In this document: positions 1 to 12,984 of the stretch, in pieces
How the letters are laid out: every line of letters starts with the position of its first letter
Position numbering within the stretch: the first letter of the stretch is position 1
NCBI RefSeq assembly: GCF_013122565.1
Contig: NZ_CP053258.1
Length of the DNA: 64,000 nucleotides
Reading direction: 5' to 3' (one strand)
From: Escherichia coli
GTDB taxonomy: Bacteria; Pseudomonadota; Gammaproteobacteria; Enterobacterales; Enterobacteriaceae
The notes under the pieces: model-generated
What the model saw: the letters and a program-made list of their open reading frames with translations, nothing else
Database searches by the model: none
What the model was told of the DNA's origin: nothing
Program-made: the position numbers and the translations under genes

Positions 1-1669
<1,669 letters not shown>

Positions 1670-1671
<2 letters not shown>

Positions 1672-2809
1672 GTCAGAGCCCCTCGATCTCAATCAGTTAG
1701 CGCAAAAAATTAAACAGTGGGGGCTGGAACTGGGCTTTCAGCAGGTAGGTATTACCGATACCGATCTCAGCGAGTCCGAGCCCAAACTGCAAGCATGGCT
1801 GGACAAACAATACCACGGCGAAATGGACTGGATGGCGCGTCACGGTATGCTGCGCGCTCGCCCCCATGAGTTATTGCCCGGTACGCTGCGTGTGATCAGC
1901 GTGCGGATGAATTACCTTCCTGCTAACGCCGCATTTGCCAGCACGCTGAAAAACCCCAAACTCGGCTATGTCAGCCGTTATGCGCTGGGCCGTGACTATC
2001 ACAAACTTCTGCGCAACCGACTCAAAAAGCTGGGCGAGATGATTCAGCAACATTGTGTTTCGCTGAATTTTAGACCGTTTGTCGATTCTGCGCCTATTCT
2101 CGAGCGCCCGTTAGCTGAAAAAGCTGGGCTCGGCTGGACAGGTAAGCATTCACTTATCCTCAATCGCGAGGCCGGTTCGTTCTTCTTTTTAGGCGAATTG
2201 CTGGTCGATATTCCTCTGCCCGTGGATCAACCAGTCGAGGAAGGATGTGGTAAATGCGTGGCCTGTATGACGATTTGCCCGACCGGTGCCATCGTCGAGC
2301 CATATACCGTCGATGCTCGCCGCTGTATCTCTTATCTCACCATCGAACTGGAAGAGGCGATCCCGGAAGAGTTGCGTCCGTTAATGGGAAACCGTATTTA
2401 CGGTTGCGATGACTGCCAGCTTATCTGCCCGTGGAATCGCTATTCGCAACTCACTACAGAAGAGGATTTCAGCCCACGTAAGCCGCTACACGCACCGGAA
2501 CTCATTGAGTTATTCGCCTGGAGTGAAGAGAAGTTTTTAAAAGTCACGGAAGGTTCGGCGATTCGCCGTATAGGTCACCTGCGTTGGCTGCGTAATATTG
2601 CCGTAGCCTTAGGCAATGCCCCCTGGGATGAAACGATTCTGGCGGCGCTGGAGAGTCGTAAAGGTGAGCACCCACTTCTCGATGAGCACATAGCGTGGGC
2701 GATTGCGCAGCAAATCGAGAGACGAAATGCGTGCATAGTCGAAGTGCAATTGCCGAAAAAACAGCGTCTGGTTCGGGTGATTGAAAAAGGGTTACCGCGT
2801 GACGCCTGA
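1670..2809 (+). CDS. queG: epoxyqueuosine reductase QueG (YjeS)
   Basis: ORF track 1562..2809; start at internal Met (MSEPLDL) gives 379 aa; 4Fe-4S ferredoxin Cys motifs (CGKCVACMTICP, CDDCQLICP). Confidence 0.88.
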
Positions 2810-3078
2810 TTCATCCACAGCTTGTGAATAAAAATAAAAACGCATTGCAATTCAAGACGAATAAAATCGTCAAGTGATCGACTCGACAAAACGAAATCTT
2901 AATTTTTAATTTATCTATCAATAGGTTAAAAAAATATTATTCACCGTGCGAAGTTTCTTTGAAATTAAGATTACGGCCTGAGGCTGTGGATAACTCTGTT
3001 TACAAGAGTTTGTCAGAGACAACAAAAACCAGCAATAACGCATCGCGTCGCTGTGGATATTTTATTGAGAGAAGAATT

Positions 3079-3154
<76 letters not shown>

Positions 3155-3189
3155 TTGGGTGGTCTGTGCTTTACAGCACTTTCAAATTT

Positions 3190-3265
<76 letters not shown>

Positions 3266-3422
3266 TTAATCTTCGTCTTTCGAACCGCTACTGCCTTGGC
3301 TGCCTTCACTCACCTTAGTCACTTACTTTTGTAAGTTCCCAAGGATTCGTTCAGTTGCCGCCTTGTCGCAATTCGAAATACTGCGATTGGGTGGTCTGTG
3401 CTTTGCAGCACTTTTCAAATTT

Positions 3423-3498
<76 letters not shown>

Positions 3499-3555
3499 GT
3501 ACTACTTAATTTTGCTTTCGTAATTTTCGCATTTCTGCGTCGTTACGGGAGGCGC

Positions 3556-3583
3556 ATTATACGAGAAATCTTTCCCTCTGCAA
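3556..3583 (-). promoter_or_regulatory. candidate sigma70 promoter of the tRNA-Gly operon (-35 TTGCAG, 16-bp spacer, -10 TATAAT, GC-rich discriminator GCGCC, A/T-rich upstream)
   Basis: Read on minus strand about 50 nt upstream of first tRNA 5' end; resembles stringently controlled stable-RNA promoters. Confidence 0.5.
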
Positions 3584-3708
3584 CCCCCCTAAAAAATTTT
3601 TTTTGAGTTTTTATCTCAAGTGCTGAAATTATCAGCAAGGCGTTCAATTTAGCGTCAAAATCACGCCGCCGCAAGTGGATTCCGACGCTTACGTGACCAG
3701 GAAAAATT

Positions 3709-4254
3709 TTACAGCTTGATAAAATGCTCGCGGTAGTAAGCCAGCTCCGCCACCGATTCACGGATATCATCCATCGCTTGATGCGTCCCCTGCTTGGTAA
3801 AGCCGTCGAGAATTGCCGGCTTCCAGCGGCGCGCCAGCTCTTTCAGGGTGCTGACATCGAGATAACGGTAGTGGAAGTAGGCTTCCAGCTCCGGCATGTA
3901 TTTAAACAGGAAGCGACGGTCCTGACCGATGCTGTTACCGCAAATCGGCGATTTACCCGCAGGCACCCACTGTTTTAAAAATTCGAGCGTCGCCAGTTCA
4001 GCTTCCCGATCGCCCATCGTGCTCGCTTTCACGCGCTCCACCAGCCCGCTGGCGGTATGGGTGCGCACGTTCCAGTCATCCATCAGCGCCAGCTGTTCAT
4101 CGGACTGATGTACTGCAATGGTCGGCCCTTCTGCCAGAATATTCAGATTGGCATCGGTCACCAGCGTGGCAATCTCAATAATGCGATCGCGCTCGGGATC
4201 CAGACCGGTCATCTCAAGATCGATCCAAATCAGGTTGTTTTCATTGGCACTCAT
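3709..4254 (-). CDS. orn: oligoribonuclease
   Basis: ORF track 3709..4398; start at [18 protein letters not shown] gives 181 aa; DEDDh exonuclease motifs. Confidence 0.92.
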   Translation of the reverse strand: MSANENNLIWIDLEMTGLDPERDRIIEIATLVTDANLNILAEGPTIAVHQSDEQLALMDDWNVRTHTASGLVERVKASTMGDREAELATLEFLKQWVPAGKSPICGNSIGQDRRFLFKYMPELEAYFHYRYLDVSTLKELARRWKPAILDGFTKQGTHQAMDDIRESVAELAYYREHFIKL

Positions 4255-4348
4255 GCTATTTTCCACCCATTCACAGTGACTATATTGATCCACAATTGCG
4301 TGTATCATAGATGTTTTGCCCATCAGGGGCGACCAGGAGTCAGTACGA

Positions 4349-5401
4349 TTGAGTAAAAATAAACTCTCCAAAGGCCAGCAGCGCCGCGTGAACGCCAATC
4401 ACCAGCGTCGTCTTAAAACGTCTAAGGAGAAGCCCGACTACGACGACAATCTGTTTGGCGAGCCTGATGAAGGTATCGTCATCAGCCGCTTTGGTATGCA
4501 CGCTGATGTGGAATCCGCCGATGGCGACGTTCACCGCTGCAATATTCGCCGTACCATCCGTTCGCTGGTGACCGGCGACCGCGTAGTCTGGCGTCCGGGT
4601 AAACCGGCGGCGGAAGGCGTAAATGTCAAAGGGATCGTGGAAGCGGTGCATGAGCGTACCTCGGTGTTGACGCGTCCGGATTTCTACGACGGCGTAAAAC
4701 CTATTGCCGCCAACATCGACCAGATTGTCATTGTCTCCGCCATTTTGCCGGAGCTGTCGCTCAATATTATCGACCGTTATCTGGTGGCCTGCGAAACCTT
4801 GCAGATTGAGCCGATTATTGTGCTCAACAAGATAGACCTGCTGGACGACGAAGGCATGGCATTCGTCAACGAGCAGATGGATATCTACCGCAATATCGGT
4901 TATCGCGTATTGATGGTTTCCAGCCATACTCAGGATGGGCTGAAACCGCTGGAAGAGGCGTTGACCGGGCGCATCAGCATTTTTGCCGGGCAGTCTGGCG
5001 TCGGTAAATCCAGCCTGCTGAACGCGTTGCTGGGGCTGCAAAAAGAGATCCTGACCAACGATGTCTCTGACAACTCGGGTCTCGGTCAGCACACCACGAC
5101 CGCCGCACGACTGTATCACTTCCCGCACGGCGGTGATGTTATTGATTCCCCTGGTGTGCGTGAGTTCGGCCTCTGGCACCTGGAGCCGGAACAAATCACT
5201 CTGGGCTTTGTCGAATTCCATGACTATTTAGGTCTGTGTAAATATCGCGATTGCAAACACGATACCGATCCGGGCTGCGCTATCCGGGAAGCGGTTGAGG
5301 AAGGGAAAATCGCGGAAACCCGTTTCGAAAACTATCACCGTATTCTGGAAAGCATGGCGCAGGTAAAAACGCGTAAAAACTTTTCTGATACGGATGACTG
5401 A
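4349..5401 (+). CDS. rsgA: ribosome small-subunit biogenesis GTPase RsgA (YjeQ)
   Basis: ORF track 4316..5401; TTG start preceded by AGGAG gives 350 aa; G-motifs ([12 protein letters not shown]) and Zn-finger Cys cluster. Confidence 0.9.
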   Translation: MSKNKLSKGQQRRVNANHQRRLKTSKEKPDYDDNLFGEPDEGIVISRFGMHADVESADGDVHRCNIRRTIRSLVTGDRVVWRPGKPAAEGVNVKGIVEAVHERTSVLTRPDFYDGVKPIAANIDQIVIVSAILPELSLNIIDRYLVACETLQIEPIIVLNKIDLLDDEGMAFVNEQMDIYRNIGYRVLMVSSHTQDGLKPLEEALTGRISIFAGQSGVGKSSLLNALLGLQKEILTNDVSDNSGLGQHTTTAARLYHFPHGGDVIDSPGVREFGLWHLEPEQITLGFVEFHDYLGLCKYRDCKHDTDPGCAIREAVEEGKIAETRFENYHRILESMAQVKTRKNFSDTDD

Positions 5402-5497
5402 CAATTAAGCTAACCGTCGTTAGAATCGTCCCCTTTTTTTCAGGATCCGGCATGTAGGCCGGATCAGGAACGACAAAACAATGGCCTGGAGGCTACC

Positions 5498-6466
5498 TTG
5501 TTAAATTCATTTAAACTTTCGCTACAGTACATTCTGCCGAAACTATGGCTTACTCGCCTGGCGGGTTGGGGCGCAAGCAAGAGGGCAGGATGGCTGACAA
5601 AACTGGTTATCGATCTGTTCGTTAAATACTACAAGGTCGATATGAAAGAGGCGCAAAAGCCGGACACCGCCAGCTACCGCACCTTTAACGAATTCTTTGT
5701 CCGTCCGCTGCGTGACGAAGTACGCCCAATCGATACCGATCCGAATGTCCTGGTCATGCCTGCCGATGGCGTTATCAGCCAGTTGGGTAAAATCGAAGAA
5801 GATAAAATCCTGCAAGCCAAAGGCCACAACTACAGCCTCGAAGCCCTGTTGGCAGGCAACTATCTGATGGCGGATCTCTTCCGCAACGGTACGTTTGTGA
5901 CCACTTACCTCTCCCCGCGTGACTACCACCGCGTACACATGCCGTGCAACGGTATTCTGCGTGAGATGATCTACGTGCCGGGCGATCTCTTCTCCGTTAA
6001 CCATCTCACCGCTCAGAACGTGCCGAATCTGTTTGCCCGTAACGAACGCGTGATCTGCCTGTTCGATACCGAATTTGGCCCGATGGCGCAGATTCTGGTC
6101 GGTGCGACGATTGTTGGCAGCATTGAGACTGTCTGGGCGGGCACCATTACGCCGCCGCGCGAAGGCATCATCAAGCGCTGGACCTGGCCTGCCGGGGAAA
6201 ACGACGGTTCTGTGGCGCTGCTGAAAGGCCAGGAAATGGGTCGCTTTAAACTTGGCTCTACCGTTATCAACCTGTTTGCACCGGGTAAAGTGAATCTGGT
6301 TGAGCAACTGGAAAGCCTGTCTGTCACGAAAATTGGCCAGCCGCTGGCAGTATCTACCGAAACCTTTGTTACGCCAGACGCTGAACCGGCCCCGCTTCCT
6401 GCTGAAGAGATCGAAGCAGAACACGACGCCAGCCCATTGGTTGACGATAAAAAAGACCAGGTCTAA
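5498..6466 (+). CDS. psd: phosphatidylserine decarboxylase proenzyme
   Basis: ORF track 322 aa; [16 protein letters not shown]-terminus; LGST self-cleavage motif near C-terminus. Confidence 0.93.
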
Positions 6467-6487
6467 TCCATCAAAGGAAACGCTGAC

Positions 6488-9400
6488 GTGCGCCTGATTA
6501 TCACTTTTCTGATGGCCTGGTGCCTCAGTTGGGGGGCGTACGCCGCGACGGCCCCCGATAGCAAACAAATCACCCAGGAACTGGAGCAGGCAAAAGCGGC
6601 GAAACCCGCACAGCCGGAAGTCGTAGAGGCGCTCCAGTCTGCCTTAAATGCGCTTGAGGAACGAAAAGGTTCCCTTGAGCGCATCAAACAATATCAGCAA
6701 GTTATCGATAATTACCCGAAACTCTCCGCTACTCTGCGCGCACAATTAAACAACATGCGTGACGAGCCGCGCAGCGTGTCGCCGGGGATGTCTACCGACG
6801 CGCTGAATCAGGAAATTCTCCAGGTCAGCAGTCAGTTGCTGGATAAAAGCCGTCAGGCCCAGCAAGAGCAGGAGCGCGCCCGCGAGATTGCCGATTCGCT
6901 GAATCAACTGCCGCAACAGCAAACCGATGCCCGCCGTCAGTTAAATGAAATCGAGCGCCGCCTGGGAACGCTTACCGGCAATACTCCGCTCAATCAGGCA
7001 CAAAATTTCGCGTTGCAGTCTGACTCTGCACGTCTTAAGGCGCTCGTTGATGAACTGGAGCTGGCGCAGCTGTCTGCCAATAACCGTCAGGAATTAGCGC
7101 GCTTGCGCTCTGAGCTGGCGGAAAAAGAGAGCCAGCAACTGGATGCATATTTGCAGGCCTTACGTAATCAATTAAACAGCCAACGTCAGCTTGAGGCGGA
7201 GCGGGCGCTGGAAAGCACCGAATTGCTGGCAGAAAACAGCGCCGATTTGCCGAAAGATATCGTCGCGCAATTCAAAATTAACCGCGAACTATCGGCGGCG
7301 CTGAATCAGCAGGCGCAGCGGATGGATCTCGTTGCCTCGCAACAGCGTCAGGCTGCCAGCCAGACGTTACAGGTCCGGCAGGCGTTGAATACGCTGCGTG
7401 AACAGTCGCAATGGCTGGGATCGTCCAATCTGCTCGGTGAAGCGTTGCGGGCGCAGGTGGCACGGCTGCCGGAAATGCCAAAACCACAACAGCTTGATAC
7501 CGAAATGGCGCAGTTGCGCGTGCAACGGTTACGTTATGAGGATCTGCTTAATAAACAGCCGCTGCTACGGCAAATCCATCAGGCCGACGGTCAGCCGCTG
7601 ACCGCCGAGCAAAACCGTATTCTGGAAGCACAGCTACGCACTCAGCGTGAGTTGCTGAACTCATTGTTGCAGGGTGGAGACACGCTACTACTGGAACTGA
7701 CCAAGCTGAAAGTCTCCAACGGGCAACTGGAGGATGCGCTGAAAGAGGTGAACGAAGCGACGCACCGCTATCTGTTCTGGACCTCTGACGTGCGCCCGAT
7801 GACCATCGCCTGGCCGCTGGAAATCGCCCAGGATCTGCGTCGTCTCATTTCGCTGGACACCTTCAGTCAGTTGGGCAAAGCCAGTGTGATGATGCTGACC
7901 AGTAAAGAGACGATTTTACCGCTGTTTGGCGCGTTGATTCTGGTCGGTTGCAGTATTTACTCACGCCGCTATTTCACCCGTTTTCTTGAACGTTCGGCGG
8001 CGAAAGTCGGCAAAGTGACTCAGGATCACTTCTGGCTGACGTTACGCACTCTTTTCTGGTCGATTCTCGTCGCGTCACCGCTACCGGTGCTGTGGATGAC
8101 GCTGGGTTACGGCTTGCGCGAGGCGTGGCCTTATCCGCTGGCGGTCGCGATTGGTGATGGCGTAACGGCCACCGTGCCGCTGCTGTGGGTAGTGATGATT
8201 TGCGCTACCTTTGCCCGCCCGAACGGCTTGTTTATCGCTCATTTTGGCTGGCCGCGCGAACGGGTTTCCCGTGGGATGCGCTACTACCTGATGAGCATCG
8301 GGCTTATCGTGCCGCTGATTATGGCGCTGATGATGTTCGATAACCTCGACGACCGCGAATTTTCCGGTTCGCTGGGACGGCTTTGCTTTATCCTCATTTG
8401 CGGTGCGCTGGCGGTGGTCACCCTCAGCCTGAAAAAGGCCGGGATCCCGCTGTATCTCAACAAAGAGGGCAGCGGCGACAACATTACCAACCATATGCTG
8501 TGGAACATGATGATTGGCGCGCCGTTGGTTGCCATTCTGGCGTCGGCGGTGGGTTATCTGGCAACGGCACAGGCGCTGTTAGCGAGGCTTGAAACCTCGG
8601 TTGCCATTTGGTTCCTGCTGCTGGTGGTTTATCACGTTATCCGCCGCTGGATGCTGATCCAGCGCCGCAGGCTGGCGTTTGACCGGGCGAAGCATCGCCG
8701 GGCAGAGATGTTAGCGCAGCGTGCGCGTGGCGAAGAGGAACCGCATCATCACAGTAGCCCGGAAGGAGCAATTGAAGTCGATGAAAGCGAAGTCGATCTC
8801 GATGCTATCAGTGCGCAATCCTTGCGGCTGGTGCGCTCAATTTTGATGTTGATCGCCCTGCTTTCGGTCATTGTGCTGTGGTCAGAAATCCATTCCGCTT
8901 TCGGCTTCCTCGAAAATATTTCGTTGTGGGATGTCACTTCCACGGTACAGGGCGTGGAAAGTCTGGAGCCGATTACCCTCGGTGCGGTGCTGATTGCCAT
9001 TCTGGTATTTATCATCACCACGCAGCTGGTGCGCAACCTGCCCGCGCTGCTGGAACTGGCGATTTTGCAGCACCTGGATTTAACGCCGGGTACGGGCTAC
9101 GCCATCACCACCATCACCAAATATCTGCTGATGCTGATTGGCGGGCTGGTCGGCTTCTCAATGATTGGTATTGAGTGGTCGAAATTGCAGTGGCTGGTTG
9201 CCGCGCTCGGTGTTGGTCTCGGTTTTGGTTTGCAGGAAATTTTCGCCAACTTTATCTCTGGCCTGATCATCCTGTTCGAAAAACCGATTCGCATTGGCGA
9301 TACGGTAACGATCCGCGATCTTACTGGTAGCGTGACGAAAATTAATACCCGCGCAACCACCATCAGCGACTGGGACCGTAAAGAGATAATCGTGCCGAAC

Positions 9401-9811
9401 AAGGCGTTTATTACCGAGCAGTTTATCAACTGGTCGCTCTCTGACTCGGTCACGCGCGTGGTGTTGACGATTCCGGCCCCTGCCGATGCCAACAGTGAAG
9501 AAGTGACGGAAATCCTGCTCACCGCAGCGCGTCGCTGCTCGCTGGTGATCGACAACCCGGCACCGGAAGTCTTCCTGGTGGATCTGCAACAGGGGATTCA
9601 GATTTTCGAGCTGCGTATTTACGCCGCTGAGATGGGTCACCGTATGCCGCTACGCCATGAGATCCACCAGCTAATTCTGGCAGGCTTCCATGCCCACGGT
9701 ATCGATATGCCATTCCCGCCCTTCCAGATGCGTCTGGAAAGCCTGAATGGTAAACAAACGGGGAGAACATTAACTTCTGCGGGCAAAGGTCGTCAGGCGG
9801 GAAGTTTGTAA
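6488..9811 (+). CDS. mscM: miniconductance mechanosensitive channel MscM (YjeP), MscS family
   Basis: ORF track 1107 aa; long N-terminal coiled-coil periplasmic region followed by multi-TM MscS-like domain; GTG start. Confidence 0.9.
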   Translation: MRLIITFLMAWCLSWGAYAATAPDSKQITQELEQAKAAKPAQPEVVEALQSALNALEERKGSLERIKQYQQVIDNYPKLSATLRAQLNNMRDEPRSVSPGMSTDALNQEILQVSSQLLDKSRQAQQEQERAREIADSLNQLPQQQTDARRQLNEIERRLGTLTGNTPLNQAQNFALQSDSARLKALVDELELAQLSANNRQELARLRSELAEKESQQLDAYLQALRNQLNSQRQLEAERALESTELLAENSADLPKDIVAQFKINRELSAALNQQAQRMDLVASQQRQAASQTLQVRQALNTLREQSQWLGSSNLLGEALRAQVARLPEMPKPQQLDTEMAQLRVQRLRYEDLLNKQPLLRQIHQADGQPLTAEQNRILEAQLRTQRELLNSLLQGGDTLLLELTKLKVSNGQLEDALKEVNEATHRYLFWTSDVRPMTIAWPLEIAQDLRRLISLDTFSQLGKASVMMLTSKETILPLFGALILVGCSIYSRRYFTRFLERSAAKVGKVTQDHFWLTLRTLFWSILVASPLPVLWMTLGYGLREAWPYPLAVAIGDGVTATVPLLWVVMICATFARPNGLFIAHFGWPRERVSRGMRYYLMSIGLIVPLIMALMMFDNLDDREFSGSLGRLCFILICGALAVVTLSLKKAGIPLYLNKEGSGDNITNHMLWNMMIGAPLVAILASAVGYLATAQALLARLETSVAIWFLLLVVYHVIRRWMLIQRRRLAFDRAKHRRAEMLAQRARGEEEPHHHSSPEGAIEVDESEVDLDAISAQSLRLVRSILMLIALLSVIVLWSEIHSAFGFLENISLWDVTSTVQGVESLEPITLGAVLIAILVFIITTQLVRNLPALLELAILQHLDLTPGTGYAITTITKYLLMLIGGLVGFSMIGIEWSKLQWLVAALGVGLGFGLQEIFANFISGLIILFEKPIRIGDTVTIRDLTGSVTKINTRATTISDWDRKEIIVPNKAFITEQFINWSLSDSVTRVVLTIPAPADANSEEVTEILLTAARRCSLVIDNPAPEVFLVDLQQGIQIFELRIYAAEMGHRMPLRHEIHQLILAGFHAHGIDMPFPPFQMRLESLNGKQTGRTLTSAGKGRQAGSL

Positions 9812-9961
9812 TGCATGAAGCTGCCAAATGATGTCAACGTGGCTCATTTAGCAGCTTAACATCATCTTCAGTTATCACCGGCCCTGGAGAGTATCATCCA
9901 TACGCATTACTTCCAGACAACTCATCGCCGGAGAGACGATGAGTTGCAGGATTTCATATGA

Positions 9962-11464
9962 TCAGTCGAGAGCTAACTCAGGTTTGTTCGCCATGCGACT
10001 GCAATAGTTCTGGTAAATCGCCATCGCTAACAGCGAGAAGAAGACAGGGCCGCCAATCATCCACAATGTGCTGTCCCAGTCTCCGGCTTCAACCACAGGT
10101 TGAATGATGGTGAAGACGTTCGCAAATGTCACCACCAGTACGACAACCACTGTTGCGATCATTGCCGACATACGCGTTTTGAAAATCACAAACGGTCTGT
10201 CGAGATCCTGACGTGCTTTAAAGAATGGGAAAGCCAGCGCGAGGAACAGGTAAGGAAGCGTCATAGACACGTTCGCCATCAGCGTCAGTTTGTTAAAGAA
10301 CGCCGATGCGGTGCCACCGCCAAACGAAACCAGCAGGATGAAGACAGTAACCAACCCGCACTGCATCCACATGGCGATAGAAGGCATACCCATCGTATTC
10401 AGGCGCGTCATCGGTTCCGGCCACAATGCTTTCGGCGTTCCCTGGATGATGGCTTTCAGCGGTGAATAGCAAAGCGTAAAGAACGCACCGGTATAAGCGA
10501 GGAACATCGAAAGTCCGGTAATACGCGCAAACCATACGCCCAGCGACAATGACGCTTCAGGTGACAAATGCAGTGCGTTACCCAGCGTCACCCCGAGGCT
10601 CTTCATCAGCACATAGGTAATATTGCCGAGGTTAACGGAACCATTACTTAATACCTGCTGCCAGTTTGTGCTGACGCCCCATAAAAATATTGCCAGCGAA
10701 TAACCGATTGAAATAACAATAGCGGCAAAAACAATACCTTTGGCAAAGTTCTTTTCTGGATTTTCCGTTTTATCGACCAGACCACCAACCGCTTCAATTC
10801 CGCCATAGGCAAAAATAGCAAATACCACAAACGATAGCATTGCCAGACCGGACTGATAACCTGGGTTCGGTGATGCAAGGAAATTAATATCCTGCGCGAA
10901 ATGCCCACCATTTAATAACAAAATAGTAATGCTTACTAACAGCAATACTAAATTCAGACACATTACTGCAATACCGCCCACCGCAGTAATGCGGGCAATT
11001 TTATTAATCCCCTTTGAAGCAACGACGGTGACCAGAATCATCCATGCCACTGCCAGCAGACCAACCACCTGCGTAGGCTCCAGTCCGGCAATACGCCAGT
11101 GCTGGGTCATGTCGCTACCATAGAGGAATGTTGAGAACGGTACCCAAACTTTCGCGGAGGTGCTCACCATCCAGATGATATAAGAGGAAAACCACATAAA
11201 CGTACCAATGAAGGCAAAACGTGGTCCGACACTATTATTCATCCAGGAATAGATACCGCCTTCTTCTTTGCGATAAGCAGCTCCCATTTCAGCCATCATT
11301 AAGGCGAATGGAATAAAGAATAACAATGCAGAAAATATATAAAAGGGAATCGCACTATAACCCATTAAGTAATAAGCCGATGGGCTATTGGCAAATCCAA
11401 ATACGGAAGTAAAGATCATCAATATGAGTCCTATCAGACTCATCTTTTTTATCGTGTGAGGCAT
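9962..11464 (-). CDS. yjeM: APC-superfamily inner membrane transporter YjeM
   Basis: ORF track 9962..11506; start at MPHTIKK gives 500 aa; polytopic membrane protein. Confidence 0.85.
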   Translation of the reverse strand: MPHTIKKMSLIGLILMIFTSVFGFANSPSAYYLMGYSAIPFYIFSALLFFIPFALMMAEMGAAYRKEEGGIYSWMNNSVGPRFAFIGTFMWFSSYIIWMVSTSAKVWVPFSTFLYGSDMTQHWRIAGLEPTQVVGLLAVAWMILVTVVASKGINKIARITAVGGIAVMCLNLVLLLVSITILLLNGGHFAQDINFLASPNPGYQSGLAMLSFVVFAIFAYGGIEAVGGLVDKTENPEKNFAKGIVFAAIVISIGYSLAIFLWGVSTNWQQVLSNGSVNLGNITYVLMKSLGVTLGNALHLSPEASLSLGVWFARITGLSMFLAYTGAFFTLCYSPLKAIIQGTPKALWPEPMTRLNTMGMPSIAMWMQCGLVTVFILLVSFGGGTASAFFNKLTLMANVSMTLPYLFLALAFPFFKARQDLDRPFVIFKTRMSAMIATVVVVLVVTFANVFTIIQPVVEAGDWDSTLWMIGGPVFFSLLAMAIYQNYCSRMANKPELALD

Positions 11465-11682
11465 GAAACCATCCTTCATTTCAGCGCGTGTATAAAACGC
11501 GCCCACTGAACTGCACTGCCCAACATTGAGCGGGCAGCGTAAAAACCAATACAGAATTGATACCTGGATGATATCAAATATCCAGTCTTAAATTGTGGCC
11601 TTTAGCGGAAAAATGAAAACATATGCTACAGAATGGCGCTTATCACGCCATTCTTCGCTGTTAATTCAGTAATTTTTCAGAA

Positions 11683-12660
11683 TTATGCCCGGTCAACGCT
11701 AAAGGCGATGACTTCAGCCAGTGTCTCCGCGCCCAGCGCCAACATCACCAGACGATCAACGCCTAATGCCACGCCGGAACAGTCAGGCATACCGACTTTC
11801 AAGGCTTCAATCAGATTCTGGTCAATGGGGTGCTGCGGCAAACCGCGCGCCGCGCGCTTACGGTTATCTTGTTCAAAGCGTTGTTGCTGCTCACGGGCAT
11901 CCGTCAATTCATGGAAACCATTCGCCAGCTCAATACCTTTATAATAAACCTCAAAGCGTTCAGCGACCCGATGATCTTCGGTACTGATTTGCGCCAGTGA
12001 TGCCTGGCTGGCTGGAAAGTGGTACACAAAGGTCGGTTTTTCTTTGCCAATATTTGGCTCTACGCCAAAGGTAAACAGCAATTGTAGCAACGTGTCGCGG
12101 TCTTCTTCGGTATCAGCAACATTGCTCAAATCCAGTTTCGCTGCCACTTCCCGCAGTTGCGTTTTGTCGGCAGAGAGCGGGTCAATTTCCAGATAACGCA
12201 AGAAAGCTTGTTGATAAGAAAGGCTTTCTGCTGCCGGGCAGTCCAGCACCTGTTGTAAGAGATCGTCCACCTCGTTCATCAACCGGTACATATCATAGTG
12301 CGGTCGATACCACTCCAGCATAGTGAACTCAGGGTTGTGATAACGCCCCATCTCTTCATTACGGAAACTGCGGCACAGCTGGAATACCGGCCCGCAACCG
12401 GCAACCAGCAGGCGTTTCATATGGTATTCCGGGCTGGTCATTAACCAGAGATTCATCCCCTGCGAATGCCCGGGGCCAACGAAACGTGTCTCAAACGGGA
12501 CCAAATGAATATCGGTTACCGTCGCCTGGCTCATACAAGGCGTCTCCACCTCCAGCACTCCACGATCGGCAAAGAAACGACGGATCTCCGCCATAATCGC
12601 CGCGCGTTTTAATAAGTTAGGAATGGATGCGCTCGGCTGCCAGGATGCCGTTTCGCTCAT
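11683..12660 (-). CDS. epmA: EF-P lysine-34 beta-lysyltransferase EpmA (PoxA/YjeA), LysRS paralogue
   Basis: ORF track 11683..12705; start at MSETASWQP gives 325 aa; class II aaRS catalytic-core motifs. Confidence 0.92.
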   Translation of the reverse strand: MSETASWQPSASIPNLLKRAAIMAEIRRFFADRGVLEVETPCMSQATVTDIHLVPFETRFVGPGHSQGMNLWLMTSPEYHMKRLLVAGCGPVFQLCRSFRNEEMGRYHNPEFTMLEWYRPHYDMYRLMNEVDDLLQQVLDCPAAESLSYQQAFLRYLEIDPLSADKTQLREVAAKLDLSNVADTEEDRDTLLQLLFTFGVEPNIGKEKPTFVYHFPASQASLAQISTEDHRVAERFEVYYKGIELANGFHELTDAREQQQRFEQDNRKRAARGLPQHPIDQNLIEALKVGMPDCSGVALGVDRLVMLALGAETLAEVIAFSVDRA

Positions 12661-12835
12661 AGTTAAATCTCCAGTTTTTGACAAGGGCACGAAGTCTACT
12701 CGCAACGCGACGGCGAGACAAATTTTACGCAGGAATAAAACAACGGTGGGCAGTGACTAAAAAAAGCACGATCTGATGGTTTAGTAATTAAATTAATCAT
12801 CTTCAGTGATAATTTAGCCCTCTTGCGCACTAAAA

Positions 12836-12879
12836 AAATCGATCTCGTCAAATTTCAGACTTATCCATCAGACTATACT
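12836..12879 (+). promoter_or_regulatory. frdABCD promoter region with FNR box (TCGATCTCGTCAAA) and -10 TATACT
   Basis: FNR half-sites TTGAT/ATCAA-like motif about 45 bp upstream of a -10 hexamer, about 100 bp upstream of the frdA GTG. Confidence 0.6.
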
Positions 12880-12984
12880 GTTGTACCTATAAAGGAGCAG
12901 TGGAATAGCGTTCGCAGACCGTAACTTTCAGGCACTTACCCTGAAGTACGGGGCTGTGGGATAAAAACAATCTGGAGGAATGTC

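Noticed and set aside
3266..3386. Extra 121-bp segment in the tRNA-Gly array as a fourth tRNA or pseudo-tRNA
   Set aside because: No acceptor/D/anticodon/T stem arrangement could be folded by eye; kept as a low-interest finding rather than a feature
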